A stretch of DNA of 64,000 bases from Nitrospinaceae bacterium (GCA_965223665.1 OZ245011.1:1536001-1600000); one strand, 5' to 3'. Numbered from the stretch's first letter, positions 37,401 through 46,862 are shown. The notes: generated by a model from the letters alone, not told the origin. A program made the numbers and translations.

Positions 37401-39523
37401 ACTGCGATGTGCGAGACAGCCTGAAAAAGAAAAAAGCCTACCGCAAAGCATTAACTTTTACAGAAGGAGAGACGGAGTATCAGGTCCGTATTTTGAAAAA
37501 TAAGATGGCAGGTCGAAAAAGGCCTTTAGTCGTACTCCGGGACTCGGCGGGAAACTATAAATCCATTAACGATGAAAGTCTTCCAGCCTCAATCAGCGAT
37601 GACAACACACAACCTCTGGAAGTTCTCACGGACACCACCAAGAACGAATACATGACGGCCGATTACGATTTCCTTGCCATCGGAACCAAAAAAGAAAGCG
37701 GACCTGCTGAACTGCATCCTGAAATGGGCAGTGTAACCCCTCTGCAAAAGCGACTTATCGTTTACCTGAACGCGGTGGTCCAGGACAAAGGCGGGTACAC
37801 CGGCGGCAACGTGGTCTGGCACGGACCGGAAAATCAATTCAGTCTATCTCCGGGAGTCGACTACCCCAACACTGCCTTCGAACCCGACGGCGATATCATC
37901 ACCATTGATGAAGGTCCACCGGGAAAAACTCATATGTATGCGAAACGGTATTTTCGAAAAAAAATTGAGGACGGGTGGAACCTGGCCGCCAATCCCCGCT
38001 GGAACTGGGAAGGCAAAGGTACGCCTCATTACCGGGAATTCACCGTAGAACGGGGTTGGCCGGACGAAGACCCTCCAAAAGAAAAACAGGAAGAGGATTT
38101 AACCAAACAATGCAAACCGCTTCCTCCCTGCAAAGTGGCTTTAGCTGATGGCGAAGAAGGACAGCGGACCATTGCGGACCGCGTGAAGTCGGTCAAAGAA
38201 ATGGGAGAAAAAGTCCTTGCACTGAAGAGAAAACTCGACGAAGCCAAAAACAATAAAAGTGAAGTGACCACTTTAGTCACGCTGGGAGTGGCCCAGCAGT
38301 CCCAGTTGGATCAAGCCATCACCCGGTTGCAGCAGGCCGAGGCCGCGTTGAAAAAATCACAACAGTTATTAAAAGTCGGCAAAGAAGCTTTACAAAAAGC
38401 GCGGCAGGCCGCTAGTGGCGAAGAAGGAGGCCAAGCCGATGAAACCGGTTCCGGCCTCGGCTGTTCCTGGGAACCGCCCGATCCTGACGATGGCGACGGG
38501 GACGACCCCAATGATTCCGGTCTGGATGGTTTAGACGAATTGATGGCCAGTCTCAGAGAAACCGATGCGACCCAACCGTTTTCTGAGGACGAGCGCCGCA
38601 TCATGGGCGTTTCTTTACTTAATGAATATTGGCAATCCATCCGGGGAGAAGTTGACCTCAGTCGACTGGACTCTGCAACTCGAGAGCAAATTGCAATTAA
38701 CCAGGCAGCGAATCCACCCAGACCCGTCACTGATAATCTTTCCCCGGAGCAACTCACCGCATTGGTTCAATTGACTCGTGGCATTTTACGAACAAAAATC
38801 GACGATGACATTAAGTACCCGGAAGATCCGGATCGAAACATGGTAAGATTTGAACCACTGTATAAAGATACCAATGAAAGAAAAATGGAGTTGGCCAATG
38901 AGGTGGCGGCCTATCATCTGGGACGGTTACTGGATGTGAACGCACCTTTCTCTGAATTAGTTCGAGACAACCGAGATCCCAGAAAAATTTTAGGCGTGAT
39001 GACGCGCTGGGCCGGCGACGGTAAAAATGAAAAAAGTCTAAGCAAGGACGACACCGACGGTGACCTTAAATCCGGAGAGAACCGCGGACAGTATATTCGC
39101 GATTTGATTTTATCTGCTATTTTAGGAGATCAGGATCGCAAGTTTAATAATTATGTTATTTATAATGGCAAACTTTACTCCATTGACCGCGGGAGTGGCA
39201 CCCCGATAGAACCCACAGCCACCATCGCTTCAACCATGCGCGGTTGGCTGCGAGTTGGCAGAAGATATGAAAATCGTATACGGCCGGGTGAAATTCAAAG
39301 AGACTCTCGCCCGGTGAAGTTGCGGGAAGCGGTCAAGGTGACGGCTCGGGATTTTCAGACCGAATATGAAAAGGTAAAAGGAAAATTAACCAGAGAGAGA
39401 ATACAAAAAGTGGTCGAGGAAGCTTATCTGGACCAATCGGCTGAAACCCAACGGGCCATTGTAGAAACCATGGTCGGTCGCGCTCAGGTATTGGAATCGG
39501 TATTCAAAAATGTTCTACCATAA
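34490..39523 (+). CDS. secreted multi-effector protein: alpha/beta-hydrolase (lipase) + edema-factor/ExoY-like class II nucleotidyl cyclase + HipA-like kinase
   Basis: Signal peptide; LMHGT..GHSMGG..NDAVV..HG; RPVN..TKSMHVKGKSSNWGP..GYIAVDQ..TADYD..VVWHG; NEVAAYHLG..DQDRKFNN..IDRG. Confidence 0.85.
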   Translation: MTGRTLKIGLIFLFLLSFVFRPPAFGFIDIFGDSGDINEQVKKRSDRIETRLKALNFYKRSKDPLIDPTINNSSIYGTLYYGYPREQVTKRRNGGIIKVSRPQWRSKRDPQGKTIWNREGKFTTSYRVNQIRISEQDRSIRKNAAQLLANYKQTNRHSLGKTRIAVQWKLVDKKVIRNDFHYVFRPVAKEKVYGGKPGGMLIVYQDGETTQWIGKADNYSLGIELKNPPPKYIVAYFDLDDKRSVIVKSGGMNLHRDLHVPEIPTPDEAVIDEVMEVLASELSTKASLEAYDLNPLFNKGNILNEESPVESLLLAKEERDGAAADGVSRLLIRGDHGGEGKSTFQVEGGKANGTLQPLFNGEAQKSGNNYYTFAIYTPPEELEGDSPDLVKTKPIRYRNIKITSRFTPEKGGPRAVEADKEISLVAPPVVLMHGTYSTPSKTWDDGYLKLEAVTPEERAAAKSAIRSQTDIGFMGDNLNIDNSTLKAAIKKRREQALQLIGSDKTMKAALEEKGFIVFMVDYQLTNGLGLIQEARRPSHFKHNRMVLWDEFWDKARHSKSGKPNGIKKALEYFRENLDVAATQADVVGHSMGGVLPRVYASDAYTKEDARYPKSKLTNLSTQGYRRPDNYKAGDINRLISICSTHYGSDLSHVMAVLRSEDLANEDLGIFERMRKEKLNFGLKWYAGLKSGAANDQVPESHALKLIGPTKVPSHAVACVARVPDIKNHFHGEYLHQNVELMYQLFKYPGLLEKILKLKDREQEAEYLLKAIEEIGWYTEKNNLIDLHKIDEWVKANQFRFSVFGFTRNDAVVRVTSQWGGMPPQYRSTINGLVHGYAPLYPEIQEKVVDLLTGPLTNFSIKGFSKAGERLLNKPPNFPLLSEDRLEAIRRSNIVPRHALAISQVAKARNEIIIIRPVNPDSTHLIAKGATTKSMHVKGKSSNWGPQKGYIAVDQAFSKLAEEGDKKINKYNCDVRDSLKKKKAYRKALTFTEGETEYQVRILKNKMAGRKRPLVVLRDSAGNYKSINDESLPASISDDNTQPLEVLTDTTKNEYMTADYDFLAIGTKKESGPAELHPEMGSVTPLQKRLIVYLNAVVQDKGGYTGGNVVWHGPENQFSLSPGVDYPNTAFEPDGDIITIDEGPPGKTHMYAKRYFRKKIEDGWNLAANPRWNWEGKGTPHYREFTVERGWPDEDPPKEKQEEDLTKQCKPLPPCKVALADGEEGQRTIADRVKSVKEMGEKVLALKRKLDEAKNNKSEVTTLVTLGVAQQSQLDQAITRLQQAEAALKKSQQLLKVGKEALQKARQAASGEEGGQADETGSGLGCSWEPPDPDDGDGDDPNDSGLDGLDELMASLRETDATQPFSEDERRIMGVSLLNEYWQSIRGEVDLSRLDSATREQIAINQAANPPRPVTDNLSPEQLTALVQLTRGILRTKIDDDIKYPEDPDRNMVRFEPLYKDTNERKMELANEVAAYHLGRLLDVNAPFSELVRDNRDPRKILGVMTRWAGDGKNEKSLSKDDTDGDLKSGENRGQYIRDLILSAILGDQDRKFNNYVIYNGKLYSIDRGSGTPIEPTATIASTMRGWLRVGRRYENRIRPGEIQRDSRPVKLREAVKVTARDFQTEYEKVKGKLTRERIQKVVEEAYLDQSAETQRAIVETMVGRAQVLESVFKNVLP

Positions 39524-39547
39524 AAAACGCAAATCAATGTTATTGAG

Positions 39548-42253
39548 ATGGGAGAAAAAATGAAGAGAGATGTCAAACATTGGCGGTGGTATGTATTGGG
39601 CTGGAGTTTTATTTTTTTATGTGCGCAATTCCCCGGTGCCTCTGTGGACGCGAAAGAGTTGAGTGGGGATGCAAAAAAGATTCTTGAAAATCCTTCCGGA
39701 AATGTAACGCCCTCTGTGCAACAGGAATTGATTGTAGCCTGGAAGCAAGCGACCAAACCCATTCTGGAAGATTTCCTGCCGGGTCTGGGTCATAAATTTT
39801 CATTTCGTGTCAAAAAGCAAACTATTGATGACAAACCCTATCTCTATTTTTCAGCCACTGGAAAAAAAAGAGGCGCCGGGAAGAGCCCCGCTCTAAAAGT
39901 CACCCTGGAAATTTTTCACAAAGGAGGCGATGCCCCTTTAGAGCATAAATACGGTCTCTGGTTTCTGCCTTTGGACATGGGTCCGGAAAAAATTGTGCGG
40001 AAAGATTTTTCTGCAGATCGCGCCGCGTTCAGCACCATGATGGGTGAAGGTATTGAAGCTTTCTATTGGCAAAAAGGGGAAGCCTATGTGGAAGTGCAAA
40101 GTGAAAAAAATGTTCAGTCCGTCGCTGAAAAATTGAATTCTGAACTTAAAGAAAAACAGTTTTATGACATACTCTCGTTTTTAAATAAAACAGAAGGATC
40201 TTCTCTCCCTCCTGTCGTGGCTTCGGTCACTCCCGCTCCCGCAGAACCCGAATCCGCTCCAGTTGAACCTGAACCCACTCCCGCAGAACCCGAATCCGCT
40301 CCAGTTGAACCTGATCCCACTCCGGTTGAACCTGAACCGGCTCCGGAAGATCCTATTACCATAGTCACTCCTTTTGCAGCGCCTCCTTCAAAAAGCAAAT
40401 TGAGCCAGTGGGTTTATAAAGGCTGCTACAAAGATAATGGCCGCCGTGACTTATCCGGATTTCAAATCAGTGAACCGGACATGACCATTGAAAAATGTGT
40501 GCAGCATTGCAGTTCCAGAAACTTCTCCGTTGCTGGAACTCAGTTTGGCACCTGGTGCTTTTGCGGTAACGACTTTGGTCAATATGGTCAGGCAGACAAT
40601 TGCAATATGAATTGTGCAGGAAACTCGTATCAGATTTGCGGAGGCGGTTGGGCAAACAGCATTTATGCTTCCAATTCCACATCCACAACCAAAACTCCAC
40701 CCGCAATTTTCGAAAGCGATGATTCAAAACTTCTATTGCCAAAAGAAAAGATCAAAGGCCTGTACGCCGCCGCAAAAAAAGGTGACCTTCAAAAGGTGAA
40801 AGAATTAATTGCCATCGGCGCAGACCTGGAAGACCCGGGAAAGGATAATGAAACTCCTATCATCGCTGCAACGGATAATGGAAACGCTGAAGTCGTCGAA
40901 GCTCTAATTGCTGCGGGGGCCAATTTAGACGTGAAGGTCGAATACGATTTTCCTTTGCTGGGAATCGCGGTGGATAATGGATACGATCAAATTGTAAAGT
41001 TGCTCGTTGAAGCGGGAGCAAAAATCGAATTTAAAGATGATAAAGGAGCGACGTTTCTGGCGGCAGCCACTTATGGAAACCATGTAGAAGTTTTAAGGTA
41101 CCTGATTCGCCAGGGCGCTGATGTGAATAGCACGAAGCTGTATCGCAAAGATAAAGTTTTAGACGGCACTCCCTTAATGGTTGCGGCCGAAGCAGGCAAA
41201 ATTGTTCCTACCTTAATTTTACTGCAAGCGGGAACCGATCCGAATTATCAGGGAGACAAAGGAAATTCAGCGCTCATGCTTGCCATTGAGCGGGGAAAAA
41301 AGGAAGTGGTAGCGGCACTATTAGCCGCAGGCGCCGACCCTAAAGCGAAAAATGCTGAAGGTAAAAGCGTTCTCGAAATAGCAAGGGACAGAGATAAAAG
41401 TAAAATCATAAAGATGATCGAAGGCGTTTTGGGAATTCCATCCAAAAAAGAAACGGAACCTTTGGCCAAGCCTAATGCGAAAGTGGCTCCCTTCGTGGAC
41501 ACCCGATGGATCGGCGAGTACACCTCCACTCACGGAAAAAAAATGACCTTTCAACCAGAACCCTATACTGACGTTATTGGTCGATACCAATCAGACAATG
41601 GACGGATTGTAGGGAAAGTCGTTGGCCGCAAACTCGATGGCTATTGGGTGGAGCGATGGACCAAAAAGAAATGCAAAACCCAAAAGGATAATAGTTATTA
41701 TTGGGGATGGTTCCGCGTTACCTTTAACGAAGATTTTTCGGCCTACTCCGGGACCTGGGCGTATTGCGAGGACAGTAAAACGGGCGGCAAGTGGGAAGGC
41801 AAAAAACTGAGCTCTGCAATAGGTTCAAAACCGTCGACAAAAACAACGAAACTTCCGGTAGAACCCGAAGAAAAAATAATGAGACCCCCGCCCCTGCCCG
41901 AGAAAAAAGTTTCTCCTTTGATTAATAAACCATGGACCGGCGAATGGACTTCTACTTATGGAAAAAAAATCACCTTTCAACCGGAACCGGAAACTGAAAT
42001 CATCGGTCGGTATAATTCGGATAATGGACGGATTGTAGGGATTGTGATTGGCCATTCCCTGAATGGCTTCTGGGTGGAAAACAGTTCCAATAAGAAATGC
42101 AAAACCAAAAAGGACAACAGTTATTACTGGGGTTGGTTCCGAGTGACTTTTAATCCGGATTACACCACCTACTCAGGAAACTGGGCTTACTGCAACGACG
42201 TTAAAAAGCGCGGCAAGTGGGAAGGCAAACGGCTGGGCATGATAAACAAATGA
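39548..42253 (+). CDS. secreted protein with Pro/Glu linker, WSC domain, ankyrin repeats and a duplicated ~100-aa C-terminal beta domain
   Basis: YKGCYKD..MTIEKC..C..AGTQFG.WCFCG..C...C.G...CGG WSC pattern; about 7 ankyrin repeats; two similar W.GE.TST.GK..YYWGWFRVTF..W.GK units. Confidence 0.85.
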   Translation: MGEKMKRDVKHWRWYVLGWSFIFLCAQFPGASVDAKELSGDAKKILENPSGNVTPSVQQELIVAWKQATKPILEDFLPGLGHKFSFRVKKQTIDDKPYLYFSATGKKRGAGKSPALKVTLEIFHKGGDAPLEHKYGLWFLPLDMGPEKIVRKDFSADRAAFSTMMGEGIEAFYWQKGEAYVEVQSEKNVQSVAEKLNSELKEKQFYDILSFLNKTEGSSLPPVVASVTPAPAEPESAPVEPEPTPAEPESAPVEPDPTPVEPEPAPEDPITIVTPFAAPPSKSKLSQWVYKGCYKDNGRRDLSGFQISEPDMTIEKCVQHCSSRNFSVAGTQFGTWCFCGNDFGQYGQADNCNMNCAGNSYQICGGGWANSIYASNSTSTTKTPPAIFESDDSKLLLPKEKIKGLYAAAKKGDLQKVKELIAIGADLEDPGKDNETPIIAATDNGNAEVVEALIAAGANLDVKVEYDFPLLGIAVDNGYDQIVKLLVEAGAKIEFKDDKGATFLAAATYGNHVEVLRYLIRQGADVNSTKLYRKDKVLDGTPLMVAAEAGKIVPTLILLQAGTDPNYQGDKGNSALMLAIERGKKEVVAALLAAGADPKAKNAEGKSVLEIARDRDKSKIIKMIEGVLGIPSKKETEPLAKPNAKVAPFVDTRWIGEYTSTHGKKMTFQPEPYTDVIGRYQSDNGRIVGKVVGRKLDGYWVERWTKKKCKTQKDNSYYWGWFRVTFNEDFSAYSGTWAYCEDSKTGGKWEGKKLSSAIGSKPSTKTTKLPVEPEEKIMRPPPLPEKKVSPLINKPWTGEWTSTYGKKITFQPEPETEIIGRYNSDNGRIVGIVIGHSLNGFWVENSSNKKCKTKKDNSYYWGWFRVTFNPDYTTYSGNWAYCNDVKKRGKWEGKRLGMINK
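40238..40321 (+). repeat. in-frame 42-bp tandem duplication (PAEPESAPVEP[E/D]PT x2)
   Basis: Visible in both DNA and protein. Confidence 0.85.
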
Positions 42254-42271
42254 TTCTTTAAAGAGAGTTCA

Positions 42272-43681
42272 ATGATGAAAACAAAAACTGGGTTGATAGA
42301 AACGTTAGATCCTGCTCAAAAGGTTATTGCAAATAGAAATCAGGTTAAACGGATCACTGCATTTGGACTTGGGTTGTTTTTAATAATGGGCGGAATGGGT
42401 AACTCCTTAGTATGGGCGGGAGAGTTCCAGTTGCCGGATTGCGAGGGTCTGCAAAAATGGGTAACGAATTTTTCCGACGGTAAATCCATTAAGATAGCCC
42501 CTAAAATAGAAATCAATGAGATTCTCAAGGACGAACTCGTAGAACCTCTGTTTGGGCAATCTATATCCCAATGGAATGACAACAACACCAACGCTGCGAA
42601 ACGCTCGATCAAGGTTTGCCGCAACAAAGCCCATAAGAAGCGAGATAAAGCAACCGTCAAAAAATATAACCAAACCACAAGGGCGATTCTGTCTGCAAAG
42701 GCTCAGTTTAAAAAGCAAAATAAGGTAAGAGAATCCTCCCACAAGAAAGTGAAATGGTTAATTGGAAATAATAAATCACAAGATCCGCACCGCCTGCTGG
42801 AGTTGGCGATGGAAGTTCTTCAAGGGAAGGATGTAAATACCGAGTTGGCAAAAGTTCAATTAAGTTCCACTTATAAACGAAATATTTCGGGATTGAAGTC
42901 TGCTTTAGACTACCTGCCTGCCAACGAAATTGAACTATTGATGAACCAGTTAGCCGAACGGCAATCCAGTCTGAGTGCAGAAATGAAAACCGCTAAGGCT
43001 GAACAAGAAAAGACAAAACAAACTCAAGTACAAGTGCTTACTACACAGAAACGAAGTGCTAATCATAAAGTCTTTCAAAAGTCGAACCAATCCTATGACA
43101 TCGCCGCCCGCCTGGCCGAATTAGTCGTAACCGAAGACGGGAAGTTAACCCTCCGGGGAGTGCGTCCCGGAATCAGTTATACTGAAGCCAAAACTGTGAT
43201 GAAGGAAAAATGGCGTTTTCGACTCGACCCTGGTTCCATTATGGTAAAGTCCTTTTCCCCACCCCGCCAGGACCTGGCAAATTATGTTAATAAGCTGGGC
43301 CGGAACGGAGGGTTGGTTGAAATGAAAACCATGAAAGGCAAAATCGGTCACATCAAGTTCTCGGAGCGCTATACGCTTCCACTTAAAACTCAAGATGTTC
43401 ATACCTGGTTGAACAAACAGCTTGGGAAACCTGAAACAGACGAAGGAAAGCAATCGACATGGAAGGTGGGTCAATCCTTCTTAACCGTCTCCACGAAAAA
43501 TTGGAACGTTGGGAGCAGCGGAAGATATCAAAGTTCTCTTGTAATGAATTTATGGAGCCAGGCTTATACCGATTATCTGGAAAATGCAAAACGTCAGTGT
43601 GCACAAATCAAACAGAAACCGATGAGCGAATTGACCCTTGTCGATCAGGAAGCGTTGGCCATGGATTGCAAGACTCCTTAA
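42272..43681 (+). CDS. hypothetical exported basic protein
   Basis: 469-aa ORF with signal/TM segment, 18 bp after the previous gene (same operon likely). Confidence 0.75.
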   Translation: MMKTKTGLIETLDPAQKVIANRNQVKRITAFGLGLFLIMGGMGNSLVWAGEFQLPDCEGLQKWVTNFSDGKSIKIAPKIEINEILKDELVEPLFGQSISQWNDNNTNAAKRSIKVCRNKAHKKRDKATVKKYNQTTRAILSAKAQFKKQNKVRESSHKKVKWLIGNNKSQDPHRLLELAMEVLQGKDVNTELAKVQLSSTYKRNISGLKSALDYLPANEIELLMNQLAERQSSLSAEMKTAKAEQEKTKQTQVQVLTTQKRSANHKVFQKSNQSYDIAARLAELVVTEDGKLTLRGVRPGISYTEAKTVMKEKWRFRLDPGSIMVKSFSPPRQDLANYVNKLGRNGGLVEMKTMKGKIGHIKFSERYTLPLKTQDVHTWLNKQLGKPETDEGKQSTWKVGQSFLTVSTKNWNVGSSGRYQSSLVMNLWSQAYTDYLENAKRQCAQIKQKPMSELTLVDQEALAMDCKTP

Positions 43682-43779
43682 TTCATCCTGTGGCTTTCCA
43701 TTGATAAATTCGAGCGTGATATAATTTTCCGTTTCAAATTCGATTAAGCAAATTTAGAAAAATTCATCGGGAGTGTCTT

Positions 43780-44193
43780 GTGGCTGAAAAATTATTAGGT
43801 TCGTGCCTGTGTAAAAAAGTTCAATTTGAAATCGAGGGAGACTTCGATCGTTTCTTTCTGTGTCACTGTGATCATTGTCGAAAAGATACCGGATCGGCAC
43901 ATGCAGCCAATTTGTTTTCATCCACGGCAAAGTTCCAATGGATTTCCGGGCAGGATAATATTAAGACTTATATTCCTCCCTCCACCAAACATATCAAAAG
44001 TTTTTGCACCACCTGCGGCTCTGCCATGCCCAACCTGTTAAAACAAGGCAAACTGTTGATGGTTCCCGCAGGAAGTCTGGATAGCAAGTTCTCCATGAAA
44101 CCCACCGCGCATATCTTTGTTTCGGATAAAGCCGACTGGGATGACCACCTGGAAACTGTCCCCACGTTTGAAGAGTACCCGAGCACGTCTTAA
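43780..44193 (+). CDS. GFA/CENP-V family zinc protein
   Basis: GSCLC..CHCDHCRK..FCTTCGS. Confidence 0.92.
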   Translation: MAEKLLGSCLCKKVQFEIEGDFDRFFLCHCDHCRKDTGSAHAANLFSSTAKFQWISGQDNIKTYIPPSTKHIKSFCTTCGSAMPNLLKQGKLLMVPAGSLDSKFSMKPTAHIFVSDKADWDDHLETVPTFEEYPSTS

Positions 44194-44217
44194 AATATTT
44201 AAAATTAAATAGAATTA

Positions 44218-44270
44218 TGTTCGCCCTCTTTCCCAAAAAGGGTCGGGGTGATGCACCTCCAGGGGTTTTC
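44218..44270 (+). repeat. short internal fragment of the MITE family
   Basis: TGTTCGCCCTCTTTCCC..GGGGTGATGCACCTCCAGGGGTTTT. Confidence 0.65.
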
Positions 44271-44457
44271 TGTTAAAAGGAAAAATCTCATCACCAGGCA
44301 ACGCCTGGAAGAAAAATAATTTTGCCTCAAATCATTTGATTGATATAATAACTGGTTATGAAACGAATCTTTATGGTCTTACTATTGGCTGCAGCTTTAA
44401 TGGTGAGATTGGGATGAAATATGCAAGAGTTTCCATCTTTTATAGAAAACAAAAGCC

Positions 44458-45276
44458 ATGAAAAAATATTTGATTGCAATTGCTTCTCTCATTTTCACTT
44501 TAGGTCTGTGGGCATTTTGGTTTGAGCCGGCCTATTTTCGAATTGCCCATTACTCGGTTCATATTCCACAGCTGGCAGATAGATTAGGATATAAAATAGC
44601 GGTCATTTCTGATATTCATACCGGGTCGCCATTTAACTCCCTGGACAAATTGAAAAAAATTGTTGCTCAGACAAACTCCGAAGATCCAGATTTGATACTC
44701 ATCGTTGGCGATTTAGTGATCCATGGGGTTATTGGAGGGAATTTTGTCGAACCCAGCAAAATTGCCCAAGAACTAAAAATATTAAAGGCTAGAGATGGGG
44801 TTTATGGGGTTCTGGGTAATCATGACTGGTGGTATGACGCTAAAGAAGTCAGTTCGGCATTAAAGCAAAATGGAGTAGAGATGCTTGATGAGGCTGTGAA
44901 GATCATCGGGAGCGGAGAAAATTCTTTTTGGCTGATGGGTATTGGAGATTTCTGGGAAGGAAAACCCAACGTTGAGCAAAATCTAAAAAATGTAATTGAC
45001 GATCGCCCCGTCATCGCATTCACTCATAATCCAGATATTTTTCCATCCATCCCGAAAAGAGTTAACCTCACCATCGCAGGGCATACACATGGTGGACAAG
45101 TCTATTTTCCCTTCATCGGGAGGCCAATTGTTCCCTCAAAATACGGTGAAAAATATGCGATAGGACATATTATGGAAAATGGGCACCACCTTTTTGTCTC
45201 ACCGGGTTTGGGGACAAGTATGCTGCCGGTACGTTTTCTTGTTCCACCTGAGGTATCCGTATTAACCGTTCAGTGA
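44458..45276 (+). CDS. metallophosphoesterase (YkuE/YaeI-like)
   Basis: DIH, GD, GNHD, HNPD, GHTHGGQ motifs. Confidence 0.93.
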   Translation: MKKYLIAIASLIFTLGLWAFWFEPAYFRIAHYSVHIPQLADRLGYKIAVISDIHTGSPFNSLDKLKKIVAQTNSEDPDLILIVGDLVIHGVIGGNFVEPSKIAQELKILKARDGVYGVLGNHDWWYDAKEVSSALKQNGVEMLDEAVKIIGSGENSFWLMGIGDFWEGKPNVEQNLKNVIDDRPVIAFTHNPDIFPSIPKRVNLTIAGHTHGGQVYFPFIGRPIVPSKYGEKYAIGHIMENGHHLFVSPGLGTSMLPVRFLVPPEVSVLTVQ

Positions 45277-45437
45277 AGTGAATCGCACTGGTAGAGAATA
45301 TACCTCTTTGATAGTTTGGTAGTTCCATTTTCAAGCTTGGAATTTTTCCATTCTACTTTTTTTCAGAGGATAATCTTTGCTTTACAATGATGTTCGGAAA
45401 TCTTTGGCAGAAAAATCTTCCCAGCCCTCTTCATATA

Positions 45438-45515
45438 AAGCTTTGCATAAGTCAGAAAATATAAAATCCCTGGAGGTGAATCACCCCGACCCTCTTTCCT
45501 AAAGAGTAAGCACAT
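45438..45515 (-). repeat. inverted short copy of the MITE family with one terminal repeat
   Basis: CTTTGCATAA..AAAATCCCTGGAGGTGAATCACCCCGACCCTCTTT. Confidence 0.65.
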
Positions 45516-45742
45516 TAACTTCCAGTTTTTATGTATTCATCTAAAAAAGAACTTGGGAAAAGTTTAATACGATTCTGAGAATACTCAAACTCATGGGGGA
45601 TTAAAGTTGCTCGCGGACGCTGGCCCGTTGCCGCCACGGTGAGTGGGAGGAGAAGGTGAACGGAAGGGCCGCAGATGCTTCCGTTCACCCTGGACTTCAT
45701 CAAAATTAATAGAAGTCCGGTCCAAAGTTTGAAACCTGCGGA

Positions 45743-46027
45743 TCAGGAAGCTGCAAACGTACCCAGGCACTTTTTTAAACTGGAAATACTGCTGGTGTGC
45801 GTTCGGTTAATTTTTATTTTAGATTTCTTCGCTGCGAGTACCGCTTCATTCACCATGTGATGTGAAATGGTATTCGTGAACAAAACAATTCCATGAACTT
45901 TCGACAACCGCTTTTTCATATCCGGAACTCTTTGTCCAAAAAATTTCACCTGGAAGCCCAGTTGTTTCCCGACATTTTCATATTGTCCCTTTAACCGATC
46001 CAGACCACCCAAAATTGCAATGCTCAT
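45743..46027 (-). CDS. DUF2325 family protein
   Basis: MSIAILGG..IVLFTNTISH..AKK..SSISSL; GGAG RBS. Confidence 0.85.
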   Translation of the reverse strand: MSIAILGGLDRLKGQYENVGKQLGFQVKFFGQRVPDMKKRLSKVHGIVLFTNTISHHMVNEAVLAAKKSKIKINRTHTSSISSLKKCLGTFAAS

Positions 46028-46348
46028 TGTTATGTCTCCATTGTTAGTGAAAACTTAAAGGCAATTTGATAGGTGGGAGTTTCAAAATAGCCCAAAGCTG
46101 ATTATAAAAAGGTATGAGTTGCCAAAATCATGACCTGATTTTGGCAACCCATTTTTTAATTAACGAAAAAACCAGAGACCCTCCGCTGGTCTTCTCCATT
46201 CATGAAATTGTTTCCGTTAATTAAAGTTGACGGTTTCTTATGGTTTTTTGAAAGTCGTTTCATTTTGATATTATTTTTAAATTCCTAACGGGGCCCCTCC
46301 CTAACCCCTGCAGGTCGTAATCCGCGAACCCATTGAGAATTTTCTAAT

Positions 46349-46401
46349 GATTTTGAAATTCATTATCAATATCATTTTATAAAAAATTAGATCTAAGTCA
46401 A
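46349..46401 (-). promoter_or_regulatory. sigma70-like promoter (TTGACT-16-TAAAAT) with Fur-box-like site at 46349..46367
   Basis: GATTTTGAAATTCATTATC matches 15/19 of GATAATGATAATCATTATC. Confidence 0.55.
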
Positions 46402-46698
46402 CCCCTTTTTGGAAATTTTTTGTTAAATAATAAAAAAATCGGCTAAGGAGTTTAATTCAACTAAAGAACCCAAGCTTCTTTTGTTATTTCCGCAACTTGA
46501 AATTTCAAAATCCAAAAGTAACCCAGCTAACTTATTGAATTTTTTGTGGTATTTAAGCATTTTAGGGAGCAGATGGTTTTAGTGAGCTAAAAAGAAGTTT
46601 AGCTTTACTCCCTTTCGAGGAAGGGGCTATTCCCAAAAATTATGGATTAACCCATTTCTTATAAATTAAATAATTTCAATTTATCTTTCCGCCTCCCC

Positions 46699-46747
46699 TT
46701 GACAGATTCTGAGTTCTATCTTATTTTTGATAATAATTATCATTATC
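46699..46747 (+). promoter_or_regulatory. sigma70-like promoter (TTGACA-17-TATTTT) with Fur box at 46729..46747
   Basis: GATAATAATTATCATTATC matches 17/19 of the Fur consensus. Confidence 0.7.
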
Positions 46748-46862
46748 AATTGTGGTCTTGGGCAGACCTTTTAGCTTTTCTAGTTGAATCCCTTTTTGCT
46801 TCAGCCTTTAACAAGTCATCTGCCCAATGGGTTCATTAAGAATAATTTTAAGGAGAGTGGAA

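Noticed and set aside
45656-45689. GGTGAACGGAAG..CTTCCGTTCACC hairpin as a riboswitch/ncRNA
   Set aside because: It lies just downstream of the DUF2325 stop and is most simply a terminator-like stem; no known RNA motif was recognised.
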